This document shows, in pieces, positions 11,560 to 21,512 of a stretch of 64,000 bases of DNA. Source of the stretch: an uncultured Methanosarcinaceae archaeon (lineage in GTDB: Archaea > Halobacteriota > Methanosarcinia > Methanosarcinales > Methanosarcinaceae); the NCBI GenBank assembly GCA_963847185.1, contig CAWJYV010000007.1:352001-416000 (forward strand), read 5' to 3'. Position 1 is the first letter of the stretch. Each line of letters opens with the position of its first letter. The position numbers and the translations under genes were made by a program. A model generated the notes under the pieces. It searched no databases. It was not told where the DNA came from and worked only from the letters and a program-made list of their open reading frames with translations.

Positions 11560-11702
11560 AGATAAGAAGTGTGAATTAGCCTGTATCTCTTAATGAAAAG
11601 ACAATAAATTCCTTTTTCAAACCACAGAATGTAACGCTATAACGGTTTATCATTATAAAACTGGGTGATAATTATAAATAAGTTAAGCTCCTAGTATAAC
11701 CC

Positions 11703-11960
11703 ATGATAGTTGGAATCACAGAAATTTTTGTATTGATTCTGGCAATTGTAGTAGCCTTTTTAATATATAAGCTCCTCAAGACCGCCACAAGCCTTGCAAT
11801 AAACGCAGTTCTTGGAATCCTGGTCCTGATCGCGGCAAAGTTTATACTCGGACTGGAAATTGCAATCACCTGGCTAGCAATTATTATCTGCGCAATAGGA
11901 GGCATTTTCGGAGCATTTATTATAATCATATTGAATTATCTGAAATTGGCCTTTGTATAA
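11703..11960 (+). CDS. Small membrane protein, BofA (pro-sigmaK inhibitor)-like family
   Basis: 85 aa, three hydrophobic helices, LAINAVLG and AIGGIFGA motifs. Confidence 0.75.
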   Translation: MIVGITEIFVLILAIVVAFLIYKLLKTATSLAINAVLGILVLIAAKFILGLEIAITWLAIIICAIGGIFGAFIIIILNYLKLAFV

Positions 11961-12053
11961 ACAGTAAAAAGTAAAATCCTACAATTGCGGGAAATGTTGA
12001 AAGCAGGACTACATATTCATTTAAAAGTCTCGAATCCTTCCGGGAAGAAAAAT

Positions 12054-12737
12054 TCAAGGCTTTCGAAAGATTCCTTTTACCATATGCCTTCTGTAAGTTT
12101 CTCCCCTGAATATCTTTTCTTTTATTACGTTTTCCAGCTCAACAATTTTAAAGTCCTTGAAAATTGATCTTACTTCTTCTTCAGTAAAGTAGTGATAGAT
12201 TATTCCGTTTTGTCTGACAAATGTATTTTCTTCAAAAGGGATTGAAGGTTCTCCCCCACAGCGCATATCTCCACGGCCGAAAGCCTCGAAGAAAAGAACG
12301 CCTTTCTCCCTGAGCACTCTTCTGAATTCTCCAACAGCAGATGCCCTTTCTTCTTTGAAAAGGTGCTGAAGCACACCATAACAGAGAATTCCATCAAAAG
12401 CTTGAGCTTTGAAGGGAAGGTCAGAAATGCTTGCTTCCAGGTTTTCGGCAAACCTGCCACTTCTTGCAAGCTGGGCCCTTGAACTGCGCAGGGCAGTCAA
12501 AGAAATATCTACTCCTACTGCAGAATAGTATCTTGCAAGTTCTCCCAGGTATCTGCCGTTTCCAGAACCTGCATCAAGGATTCTGGACTTTGGAAGCAGA
12601 TAAGCCTGCAAGTCTTTAACAGATGCAGGCCCTCCCCATTTGAGATGGGAGTATTCTCTATCCCAGGCAAGGAAGTGCTCTTTTGCAGAATTTGCCTTGG
12701 AAGGGAAAGTATGAAACTCCGATTTATCCGTGTTCAT
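12054..12737 (-). CDS. Class I SAM-dependent methyltransferase
   Basis: [10 protein letters not shown] motif I, GVDIS, LPF...FD, RVL; 4-nt overlap with lysK. Confidence 0.9.
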   Translation of the reverse strand: MNTDKSEFHTFPSKANSAKEHFLAWDREYSHLKWGGPASVKDLQAYLLPKSRILDAGSGNGRYLGELARYYSAVGVDISLTALRSSRAQLARSGRFAENLEASISDLPFKAQAFDGILCYGVLQHLFKEERASAVGEFRRVLREKGVLFFEAFGRGDMRCGGEPSIPFEENTFVRQNGIIYHYFTEEEVRSIFKDFKIVELENVIKEKIFRGETYRRHMVKGIFRKP

Positions 12738-14350
12738 CCATCTTTCCCTGGTCTGTAGATTGAAGCTTCTTCAAACCTTTTCACAAGGAATTCTGTCTCA
12801 AAAGAAGAGAGGAACCAGCCAGCTTTCGGACCCGAACTCTGCCCCAGTATTGAGATGTAAATGGCTTTGAAAAGGTCTTTTGGGTCTATCTGCGGTAAAG
12901 CCTGAGTGTTCAATTTTTCAGCAATCAGTTTGTTCAGCTCGGAACCTTCCTCTTTTGCGGAATAGACAAGTATATGGTATTCTTCTCCGCTTGTTTTCTC
13001 TCTGGATTTGATAAGAGCTGCAAACGCCCCAAGAAAGGCTTTCTGGAGTTCAGAAAGGGTTGCTGCCTGCACAGGCACCTTTTCTTTTACACTGAACTTC
13101 GCGAATGGCGGAGCATAGAGTTCAAGCCATCTGGAAACGTTATTTACAAGTTCCTTTATGCATTTTTGATTTTCAGTGGAAAAGTCTGAACGCTGTACGA
13201 TTTTCAGGATCTGCTCAGAATTTCCCCTGGCAACCTGATAAATAGTAACCATCTGCTTGAAAGGAATCTCAGAATGGCAGATTCCCGTTGCCCTGGAGAG
13301 TTCGTAGATTCGCTTTTCAAAAATCCCAACGGAAGGATCATTTTCTCTGAATTGTGCCCGAAGGCGTTCGTATTCATCCACAAGAGTAAGCAGAGGCTGT
13401 CCCGGATCAAACTGGATGTGCTTTTCAGGTTTTGTACGGATTATCAGGTAGCGAAGGACCTCTGGAGGCACTACCTCCAGCATATCTGAAATAGAAACAA
13501 CAACGCCTGTGGAAGAAGACATTGCCCCTTGTTTTCCGAGCATTATCCATTCATAAACAACAGGATATGGAGGTTCATGCCCGTAGATTTCTCTTACGAT
13601 CCGTTTTCCGGTATCGTAGGAACCTCCTCTTGAGGCATGATCTTTGCCGAAAGGCTCAACTGTCACCCCAAGGACTGCCCAGCGAGCAGGCCAGTCAACA
13701 CGCCATGTAAGCTTGCCCCCTCCTGCCATTGGCACGGTTCCGGAGTGCCCGCAGGCACAGACATAGTCCACAGTTTCAGCTTTCAGATTAAAACCCGTAA
13801 CCTTCGTAGTTGTAATCTTGCCGCATTCTTTACATCTGGGGTTAAAAGGGCTCCAGTCTTCTGCTACGGTTTTTCCGGAAACTTCTTCGAGGATTTTTGC
13901 AATGGCATCTCTTTTTATAAGGGCAGTTTTTATCGCGTCTGTGTACTTGCCTTCCCTGTACATCTCGTCTGCCCTGTAAACCCTGGGGTTGATCCCCAGA
14001 CGCCTGAGAGCTTCAAGGAAAGGTTGCAGAAAATGCTCGGCATAGTTTGCGCAGTCTCCGCAGGGGCAGGGAACTTCGGATATGGGTTTTCCAACGTGCT
14101 CTGCGTAACTTTCAGGTAAAAAGGGGTAAACCTTACGCAGGGGGTCATAATTGTCGGCGATATAGATGAAATCCGCGTCTGGCCCCTTATCAAGCAGAGC
14201 TCTATAAACAGCATCGGCAGTCACTACTTCTCTCATGTTGCCTATATGAATGTGGCCAGAGGGAGTGATTCCTGTGGCAACAAGATGTTTGCCGCTTTTT
14301 TTTGACACATCTTCAGCTATGACATCTGCCCAGTGTATTGTATCAGCCAT
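12734..14350 (-). CDS. lysK: Class I lysine--tRNA ligase (LysRS1)
   Basis: [16 protein letters not shown] (HIGH-like), [24 protein letters not shown] (KMSKS-like), GPKAG. Confidence 0.97.
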   Translation of the reverse strand: MADTIHWADVIAEDVSKKSGKHLVATGITPSGHIHIGNMREVVTADAVYRALLDKGPDADFIYIADNYDPLRKVYPFLPESYAEHVGKPISEVPCPCGDCANYAEHFLQPFLEALRRLGINPRVYRADEMYREGKYTDAIKTALIKRDAIAKILEEVSGKTVAEDWSPFNPRCKECGKITTTKVTGFNLKAETVDYVCACGHSGTVPMAGGGKLTWRVDWPARWAVLGVTVEPFGKDHASRGGSYDTGKRIVREIYGHEPPYPVVYEWIMLGKQGAMSSSTGVVVSISDMLEVVPPEVLRYLIIRTKPEKHIQFDPGQPLLTLVDEYERLRAQFRENDPSVGIFEKRIYELSRATGICHSEIPFKQMVTIYQVARGNSEQILKIVQRSDFSTENQKCIKELVNNVSRWLELYAPPFAKFSVKEKVPVQAATLSELQKAFLGAFAALIKSREKTSGEEYHILVYSAKEEGSELNKLIAEKLNTQALPQIDPKDLFKAIYISILGQSSGPKAGWFLSSFETEFLVKRFEEASIYRPGKDG

Positions 14351-15137
14351 AAAATTCTCACCAGAATCTCAGATTAACCCGAAAGGGTGTGTGAAAACAG
14401 AAAATTGTAATTTCTTCATGTATTTGTTTGCAGGTTAGTTGATGCATAATTCTCCTCTCAATTAATAAACCTTGGGCTTGGGGACGGGGAATCTGAAGTT
14501 GTTTTCTTTTCACTTCAAAAGCAAAGCAAATAAAAGAAACCAAAAGAAAAAAATTAATTAAAAAAAGAAAGGAGAAAAATATAATGGAGGTTTAAAGGCA
14601 ATTCATTTCAGGAGTCTGCAGATTTACGGAGATTTATAATGGCACTTTACAGGGCAAATCAAGTAAATTTGATTTACTAATAGATAATGGTACCTATAAA
14701 TATATAAATATTTCGTAGTTGGTAGGGTACGGTCAGAAAAAAAGGAAATCAATAAAGCAAATTAAATGAAAACAAGATATTAAGAGAATAAAAGTAAGTA
14801 AGTTATCAGAGGTAGACAAATAATTCCAGAGTACCTATTATTTTATAAATATCTGATATAAAATATAAAAACTAATAATAAAATCCAAAGAAAGTAGCAA
14901 CCAAAAAAGCCAGAAAATAGATTAGAGTACTCAATCTAAAATTTTTAACAAAAAACCATCTTTTTTAAAAAAATAAACACAGCAGGGGGATGGTCACAAT
15001 TATTTTCAGAGAGAACTTTCCGGACTGCTTCAGGGGTTAAAAATTATTTTTAAGCTGTTTTTTGGCAAGTTCGAAAAGTTCTTTCTAGATACTCTTTATC
15101 CCTGCTGGAGGGTGATTCAGGCTGGTGCCCGGATCAT

Positions 15138-16541
15138 TTAACGGATTTGCTTTCTGAAGAGATTGCAGGAATTTATCTTTATGTCGAGCAGCTTTTCGAT
15201 GTTCATCTTTGCAGCAATACCCTTTGCAGCGCCAGGTACTGAGGTAATGACACCAATATCAAGCTCTTCACGGAGTTCGCGCATGACATGCTCATCTGAC
15301 AGATCCATGACGCCGACATTCAGTTTCTTCGCCACGTATTCTTTTGCTTCTTTAATCCTCATGTTCTTTGAAAACTGCATCCTTGCAACAAGGTCTCCTG
15401 CAGCCCTCATTCCAGTCATTCCGGAAGCCATTATGTGGGAGATCGGCATACCCAGAGGGTCGCCGACCCCGACCTATATGCCGTCTACGCCTGCAATTTC
15501 GACCATTGCTTTGCTTGCCCTGGTAACTGCATCTATAGGAGGAGTCTCAAGCATGGGTATTCCGCCAACACCCATGCCCATGTCAACGTGGCAGGGGATT
15601 GGAGAAGCTTCAACAGCTGCCTTCATGAAAGTAACTGCACGGGCAAGGTTCCAGGCTGATGTCTTGCTGGTATTGGTATTGCATACAGGTCCAAAGACGT
15701 TTGCTCCTGCTTTTGCGATAAGGGGTGCCTGCTGATGAGGCCAGAGTCCTGCAAGGGTTACGCCGTCATACTGAAGTCCACCGTGCATACCAAGTACGCA
15801 TTCTCCTGCCATACCTGCTTCAATATACATGTCAGGGAATTCTTTTCTAAGAGCCTGGATGGCATGGAGGGTTCCATACATGTCAGCATCTCCGGCTGCA
15901 GCAGTTGTGTCGAAGTTTACCCCGTCTGCTCCGGAAGCAAAAAGCTTCTGCATGACCCATACTGTGTCTCTGGTAAGGTGTTCTGCAGCATGTTCCATGG
16001 ATTCCCAGGCTTCCTGAATCTTGAATGCTTTCATCAGGTCTCCGGGGTTTTCGAATGGCCCATCTGGGGTATAATAAAGTCCCATGTTTGGCATTGCCCC
16101 GTAGAAGAGCGGGATAATCATGTTCTGCTGGCAGACTTCCATTGCCTGGCACTCATTTGAAACTACAGGCTTCACTGGCTTGAAACTGTAGTCAATGTGC
16201 CCGAGTTCCATTGTGTCTGCACCAAATGCCCTCTCATGCATCATGCAGCCCACTAAACGGCTTGAGGGAATTCCAACTCCGCTGTTACCCTGGTCGCCGT
16301 CAAGCCTTATGGTACCAATGTCGTGAGTGACAGGAATTTCCATACCATGCTCGACACTGACAGCCTTTCCGGGCATCATGAGAATTTCTGCAAGCTTGTC
16401 GATTTCATCAGCACTGAGGACAGGGATCTCACCAAGATCGGCAGCATTTGCAGTTCCGGCTTCAATCTCTTCCATAATTTTTTCTTTGGTAAGGAAGACT
16501 CTCTTTCCGTCTCCCATTCTCAAAGCATATTCTTTTGCCAT
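15138..16541 (-). CDS. mtbB: Dimethylamine:corrinoid methyltransferase, pyrrolysine at codon 356 (467 aa)
   Basis: Track ORFs 15474..16541 and 15138..15449 are one frame joined through a single TAG at 15474-15476: [18 protein letters not shown]. Confidence 0.97.
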
Positions 16542-16584
16542 TTTTTTTCACCTTATATTCTTCTGGAAAGCTGTATTTTGGGGT

Positions 16585-16734
16585 TCAGAATTTGGATACA
16601 AACGTTCTGGCCTGCCAGAGGGCTATTATCGCCAGAATCAGGATGAAGGCCATCCACAGGATATCTGCTGCCGGTACGAAGGAATTTGCCCAGTATGCAT
16701 TGTAAGCTTCCAAAGCTACTGCTGTTTGTGTCAT
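16585..16734 (-). CDS. 49-aa single-TM small protein inside the methylamine operon (below the ORF-track cutoff)
   Basis: AAGGAGG RBS then ATG at 16734: MTQTAVALEAYNAYWANSFVPAADILWMAFILILAIIALWQARTFVSKF, TGA at 16585-16587; fills the gap before mtbB. Confidence 0.8.
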   Translation of the reverse strand: MTQTAVALEAYNAYWANSFVPAADILWMAFILILAIIALWQARTFVSKF

Positions 16735-16754
16735 TATTTTATCCTCCTTATGGA

Positions 16755-17060
16755 TCACACGTTTCTCAGACAGGCATCAGAACCTCGGGATTTCCCAAAG
16801 TCTGTGATCACGTACTTGTGCAGAAGGAAATCTTTTTTGTAGATTCCCTCTTCGTCAACTTTCTGCTCCAGGTCCTTCAGCATCCCTCCGGATGCCAATT
16901 CGATTATATCAAAGTTAATGCTGTCTCTGCCGTATGCATTATTCATGCTGTATTCTTTCTGGATTTTTGAAACTATCTCATAATTCCAGTATTCTTTTCC
17001 ATCCAGAAGAATCTCCAGAATCCTGAACTTTATAGGACGAGCTCCACCCACTTCATTCAC
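16755..17060 (-). CDS. Conserved small protein of the mtt operon, winged-helix-like
   Basis: Overlaps the mttP stop; FRILEILLDGKEYWNYEIV...YVITDFG resembles a PadR-like wHTH (inference). Confidence 0.75.
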   Translation of the reverse strand: MNEVGGARPIKFRILEILLDGKEYWNYEIVSKIQKEYSMNNAYGRDSINFDIIELASGGMLKDLEQKVDEEGIYKKDFLLHKYVITDFGKSRGSDACLRNV

Positions 17061-18099
17061 CTCTCAAAGTTTCAAGTGCACTTGCATCTTCCGTAAACAT
17101 GACAAAACTGCCAATTACACAGAGAGTGCCTCCGACAAGGATAGTCCACTGCGGGATATCTCCAAAGAAGAGGAAAATGAAGATAATAGAACACAGGCCG
17201 TAAAGATTTCCGATACCCTGGCCTCTTCCAACCCCTATGAGCGGGAAGGATTTGTACCAGCAAACGTAACAGAAACCAAAGGTAATTCCTGCAAAGACCA
17301 GGACCAGTAGAGTCAGGGGTTCAAACGCCTGGAGAGCGAAGGAATACATAGGGAAACCAAAGAGTGCAAGCACAGGAACAATAATTATCCACCAGATAAT
17401 GTTTTCTCCAATGAAGCGAAGAGTCAGTCCAGCATCCGGCTCTGAAATATCAAGCCCTTTGCCTGCAATTGCGCCTTCAATTCCCCAGCCTGCAGCGGCC
17501 ATCAAACCGCCGAGATATCCTATCCACTGAACATTACCTGAAGAGAGATCAGAAAGAAGCCCACCGCCGAAGATTGTAATACCTCCAACAATGATAACTC
17601 CTATGCCTATTGCTGCTCTTTTGGAGATCTTTTCTCCATACCAGTAATAAGCAAGAACCGATCCTACTACAGGATAAAGAAGCCCAGCAACAGCTGCAAA
17701 TGCTCCACCAATAAAGCCCATAGCAATAAAAGAACCTAGAATTGCTATTGGACCTCCGAAAATAGAGGCAAGGAAGAACCATTTGGAACACGGATGGAAT
17801 TCTTTAAGAGTCCGGGCAAGCTCTCCGTATTTGCCAAGAACTCCATTCCAGAGCATCAGCGCAATCATGACTGTCAGGGCATTAAAGGCAGTAATAAGAA
17901 CAGCAGTTACAATAAGAGCTGTACTGTCTCCACCGGTTTCGGCAATAGCTGCATACATTTCATCAAACGGGTTAAGCACCCAGACAACGGTCCCTGGCAA
18001 ATACCAGATACCCCAGAATACAGCACAGAAAAGGGCCCACATATACCCTTTACTGATTTTTCTTTTGCTTTCCTGTTTTTTTAAGCTTTTCAGATCCAC
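17053..18099 (-). CDS. mttP: DMT/EamA-family permease, putative methylamine permease
   Basis: About 10 TM helices in two EamA-like repeats (GEKISKR, WGIEG); position between mttC and mtbB; GGAGG RBS with GTG start. Confidence 0.88.
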   Translation of the reverse strand: MDLKSLKKQESKRKISKGYMWALFCAVFWGIWYLPGTVVWVLNPFDEMYAAIAETGGDSTALIVTAVLITAFNALTVMIALMLWNGVLGKYGELARTLKEFHPCSKWFFLASIFGGPIAILGSFIAMGFIGGAFAAVAGLLYPVVGSVLAYYWYGEKISKRAAIGIGVIIVGGITIFGGGLLSDLSSGNVQWIGYLGGLMAAAGWGIEGAIAGKGLDISEPDAGLTLRFIGENIIWWIIIVPVLALFGFPMYSFALQAFEPLTLLVLVFAGITFGFCYVCWYKSFPLIGVGRGQGIGNLYGLCSIIFIFLFFGDIPQWTILVGGTLCVIGSFVMFTEDASALETLRGE

Positions 18100-18115
18100 G
18101 AAAAATCCTCCATTT

Positions 18116-18459
18116 TTCAGAATGCTGTGGAACTCCCTCAGAGCAGAGACCTTCTCAGCTCAATTCCACAGCCTGAAATTGCAGTCTGCAAATCCATTCT
18201 GCGGGACATATCTTCGGAAATTATCTTTTCATTCCGTTTTCAACTGCGTTGAAACAATCATACTTATGTATTATTGTTTTAGAGATTGTCTCCTATAACT
18301 GAATATATTAAAAGTTGTATATAACAATTCAATTATATTAAGTCTGTGTGATATGACCTGCAGATTTCTTGCCTATATCCGCAGTAATGGATTTACAAAA
18401 CTGCAAAAAATAAAATTGGAACAGAAAATACATTCGGAGGAACATACTCTCTGTATTTT
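18116..18459 (-). promoter_or_regulatory. Highly structured mttC-mttP intergenic region
   Basis: Nested inverted repeats: GCTGTGGAA/TTCCACAGC (18124-18172), a long imperfect pair about 18179-18205 with 18378-18406, TTTCAAC/GTTGAAA, and AAAATACA/TGTATTTT. Confidence 0.55.
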
Positions 18460-18466
18460 AAGCATT

Positions 18467-19117
18467 TCAGGCTAAAGCTGCTTTTACCTTGCTGACAGCA
18501 TCATTGGCGCTTTCACCATAGATGTCTGCACCAATTTTGTCTGCCCAGTCCTGGGTTACAGGAGCGCCTCCAACCATGGTTTTAACCTGATCGCGTACTC
18601 CTGCTTCTTTTAGCTGTTCTTCGATCTGGATCTGGTTGACCATTGTGGTGGTCATAAGTGCGGAGGATGCAATAATCTGGGGTTTGAGTTCCTTTGCTTT
18701 TTCTACAAAGGTTTTGATTGGAACATCTCTTCCAAGGTCCACAACTTTGAAACCTGCAATGTTGAGCATGGAAGCCAGGATGTCCTTTCCGATAGAGTGG
18801 ATGTCTCCTTCGATGGTTCCGACAACAACGGTTCCAAGGTTCTTGGTCTGAGACTTGCGTCTTTCCATTTCCGGCTTAATTACTTCAATGCCTGCTTTCA
18901 TTGCCTCTGCAGCTGCAAGCACATGGGGAAGGAAAAGAGCTCCCTGTTCGAACTTTGCTCCGACTTCCTCCATACCTGCGGTAAAACCTTTCTCAATAAG
19001 CTCTACAGGGTCGATCCCTGCAGCAAGGGCTTCTTCAGCAACTTCTGCGGCAAGTTCATCATCGAATTCTGTAATTGCTTCTTTTGCTTTTGCAATAATT
19101 GCTTCTTTGTTTGCCAT
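18467..19117 (-). CDS. mttC: Trimethylamine corrinoid protein
   Basis: B12-binding EGDIHSIGK, FLPHV, SALMTTT and GGAP motifs; ATG 19117 (MANKE) after AGGAG. Confidence 0.95.
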   Translation of the reverse strand: MANKEAIIAKAKEAITEFDDELAAEVAEEALAAGIDPVELIEKGFTAGMEEVGAKFEQGALFLPHVLAAAEAMKAGIEVIKPEMERRKSQTKNLGTVVVGTIEGDIHSIGKDILASMLNIAGFKVVDLGRDVPIKTFVEKAKELKPQIIASSALMTTTMVNQIQIEEQLKEAGVRDQVKTMVGGAPVTQDWADKIGADIYGESANDAVSKVKAALA

Positions 19118-19148
19118 TTTTAGATCTCCTGAATGTCTGGAATTGTAA

Positions 19149-20636
19149 TTACATGCCTCTGAAGGCTTTGTCAGCTCTGTCCACAACAGCTTTCATATCT
19201 TTGAGGATGTCTGCATCTATTTGTTTGACTTCGTGGTTCTTGAGGACATCCACTACTTTTTCGTGTGCGGCTGCTGCAAGGTCCTTTGAGCCAGCTGCTG
19301 CCCAGTCTCCAAACATGCGCCTGTCGATGAGCATTGGGTTGGATGGATAATCTACAAGCTGTCTGGTCTGTTTAAGAGCAAGGAAGTTGTTTCCGATGCC
19401 TACCTTCTGGATAGATTCGACTGCAAGGGTTTCTTCAGAGACAGGAATTCCTTGCATGGCTTTCTTGACCATACTGAAGATATCGTTGTCAATGACGAGC
19501 TGTTCCATTGAGAAAGTCATTCCGAGTTCAAGCATTCCGGCTCCGTAGATGGTGTTGGCACCAGCAAGAGCAGGCAGGAGAGTGGTCATGGTCTTTTCGT
19601 GGCCTGCCTGGTTGTCCGGAACCTTGGAATCAGACTAGGAACCTGCCACGTAGGAGGGGAGGCCGTAGAACTGGGCAAGCTTTGCGACTGCACCGCTGAT
19701 AAGACCGAGTTCAGGAGAACCTACAGGTGCAGTACCTTTCTTCAAGTCGAAGGTAGTTGTTGAGCTTCCGTACCAGACTTTTGATCCGGGTACTGTGAGC
19801 TGGGCAAGGGTAATACCGGAGAGAACTTCGGCGTTGTGAGTTACAAGAGTTCCTGCAAGGTAGACAGGAGAGGATCCGCCGGACATTGCCATACTCAGGA
19901 CGTTAACAGGGATCCCGAGGCGGGCACCCTTAATGATGACCTGGCAAGCATTGACACTGAGTTCGAGCGGGCTGGTCGGGCACAGGAGCATGGAGAAAAT
20001 TGGCTTCTTCCTGGCTTCTTCCTCATCGCCGCCATAGTAGGCTTTTGCAATATCCCAGTAGTACTCAACGTTTTCGCCGACGGGGTCAATGTGATGGAAG
20101 TGCTTTGAGGTGTTTGCAATAGGGGTGAAAGTCTCGTGGACATCCTGTGCACCCTTGCCTGCAATGTCTCTTGCAGAGACCGGGAGAGAGAAGTAGTCAA
20201 TGTTTTCAGCCCAGTCACAGAGTTTTGCAATGTCTGCAATGTCCTGTTCGACGGAGTCAACAGTTACGTACTTTCCGTCCTGGTACTTGCAAACCTTCAC
20301 ACCGGTACCGAAGCAGGTCCAGTGAACTTTTCCACCGCATTCCTGGACAGTGTTGTTCTTTTTGTCGCGGCCCCAGAGGACAAATCTGGATGGGGCGAGC
20401 TGGAGAGCTTTTCTTACAAGATACTCAGGGATCTTTACAATGTTGGTCTTTTCATCAACTTCACAGCCATTTTCCTTGAAGATCTTTCTTGCCTCTGGGT
20501 CAGAAACCTGAACACCAGGGTTCATGAGAACTTCCATGGTTGCGTAGTGAATAGCTTTAAGTTCATCATTTGTAAAAAGGTTTAATTCTACACCGTTAAG
20601 TGCGTTGAATCCTGCAACTGCATTACATTTTGCCAT
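19149..20636 (-). CDS. mttB: Trimethylamine:corrinoid methyltransferase, pyrrolysine at codon 334 (495 aa)
   Basis: Track ORFs 19635..20636 and 19149..19589 join in frame through TAG at 19635-19637: [21 protein letters not shown]. Confidence 0.97.
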
Positions 20637-20657
20637 TTTTATACCTCCAAAAAATAA

Positions 20658-21299
20658 TTATAATAGCAGTTCTTTTGCCTTTGCTACAGCTTCGCTTGCG
20701 TTTTCAGCGTAGCAGTCTGCACCGATTTTGTCTGCCCAGGCCTGGGTTGCGGGGGCTCCTCCTACCATGACCTTTACTCTGTCCCTTATGCCTTCTTCCT
20801 TCAGGAGTTCGATAACGTCCCTTTGTCCCTGAAGAGTGGTTGTCATAAGAGCAGAAATTCCAATCATGTTGGCGTTAACTTCCTTAGCCTTGTCAATAAA
20901 GTTCTTTACAGGAACGTCACGACCAATATCGTGCACTTCAAAACCGGCAGACTGGAGCATTGTAGACACTATGGATTTGCCAATATCGTGAACATCGCCT
21001 TCCACCGTACCATTTACAATAACGCCCATCTTTGACTCTGTAGCTCCTTCAGGCATCAGGTCTTTCAGGGAGTTTACACCGGTGGTCATTGCATCGGCAG
21101 CCATCATGACATGGGGTAAGAAAAGTTTGCCTCTTTCAAAGAGAACACCAACTTGATTCATGCCTGCTGCGAGTCCTTTTTCAATTATCTCGGAAGGCTC
21201 TATTTTTCCTTTAGCTTTTTCGACTGCAGCGAGTACAGCATCCTTTTTACAGGAGATTACAGCAGCTGTAAGTTCCTGAAGCAATTCTTCTTTGCTAAT
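20658..21299 (-). CDS. mtbC: Dimethylamine corrinoid protein, probable ATT start
   Basis: EGDVHDIGK, SALMTTT, GGAP. GGAGG (21307-21311) lies 7 nt upstream of ATT-AGC-AAA-GAA-GAA-TTG (x-SKEELLQEL); the track starts at TTG 21284. Confidence 0.93.
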   Translation of the reverse strand: MSKEELLQELTAAVISCKKDAVLAAVEKAKGKIEPSEIIEKGLAAGMNQVGVLFERGKLFLPHVMMAADAMTTGVNSLKDLMPEGATESKMGVIVNGTVEGDVHDIGKSIVSTMLQSAGFEVHDIGRDVPVKNFIDKAKEVNANMIGISALMTTTLQGQRDVIELLKEEGIRDRVKVMVGGAPATQAWADKIGADCYAENASEAVAKAKELLL

Positions 21300-21351
21300 A
21301 TTGCATCCTCCGTTTTAGTTTTTGACTATGGAGACTTTTTCTCTTTAAACC

Positions 21352-21512
21352 TCATGAATAATCATGATATTTACAGTGCAAGCTCACGCCTTTCACGATC
21401 ACGACCTGCAGAGAAGAAACTCATGATTCTCGTGGGTGGGAAGCCACAATTATCACAAGTGAAGCAACGAAATCATGAAAAAATTCACGATTCTCCTTGT
21501 TTGGGTTCATGA
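21352..21512 (-). promoter_or_regulatory. Leader of the mtbC-mttB operon with eight TCAYGA motifs
   Basis: TCATGA/TCACGA at 21352, 21362, 21393, 21399, 21421, 21473, 21485 and 21507; AT-rich TATA-like stretches further upstream (about 21606-21660). Confidence 0.55.

Noticed and set aside
15380-15473. PYLIS-like hairpin downstream of the amber codons
   Set aside because: No convincing shared structure between mtbB and mttB could be established by eye.
15138-20636. mtbB and mttB as nonsense-mutated pseudogenes, or as four separate genes
   Set aside because: Each has a single in-frame TAG at the established pyrrolysine position.
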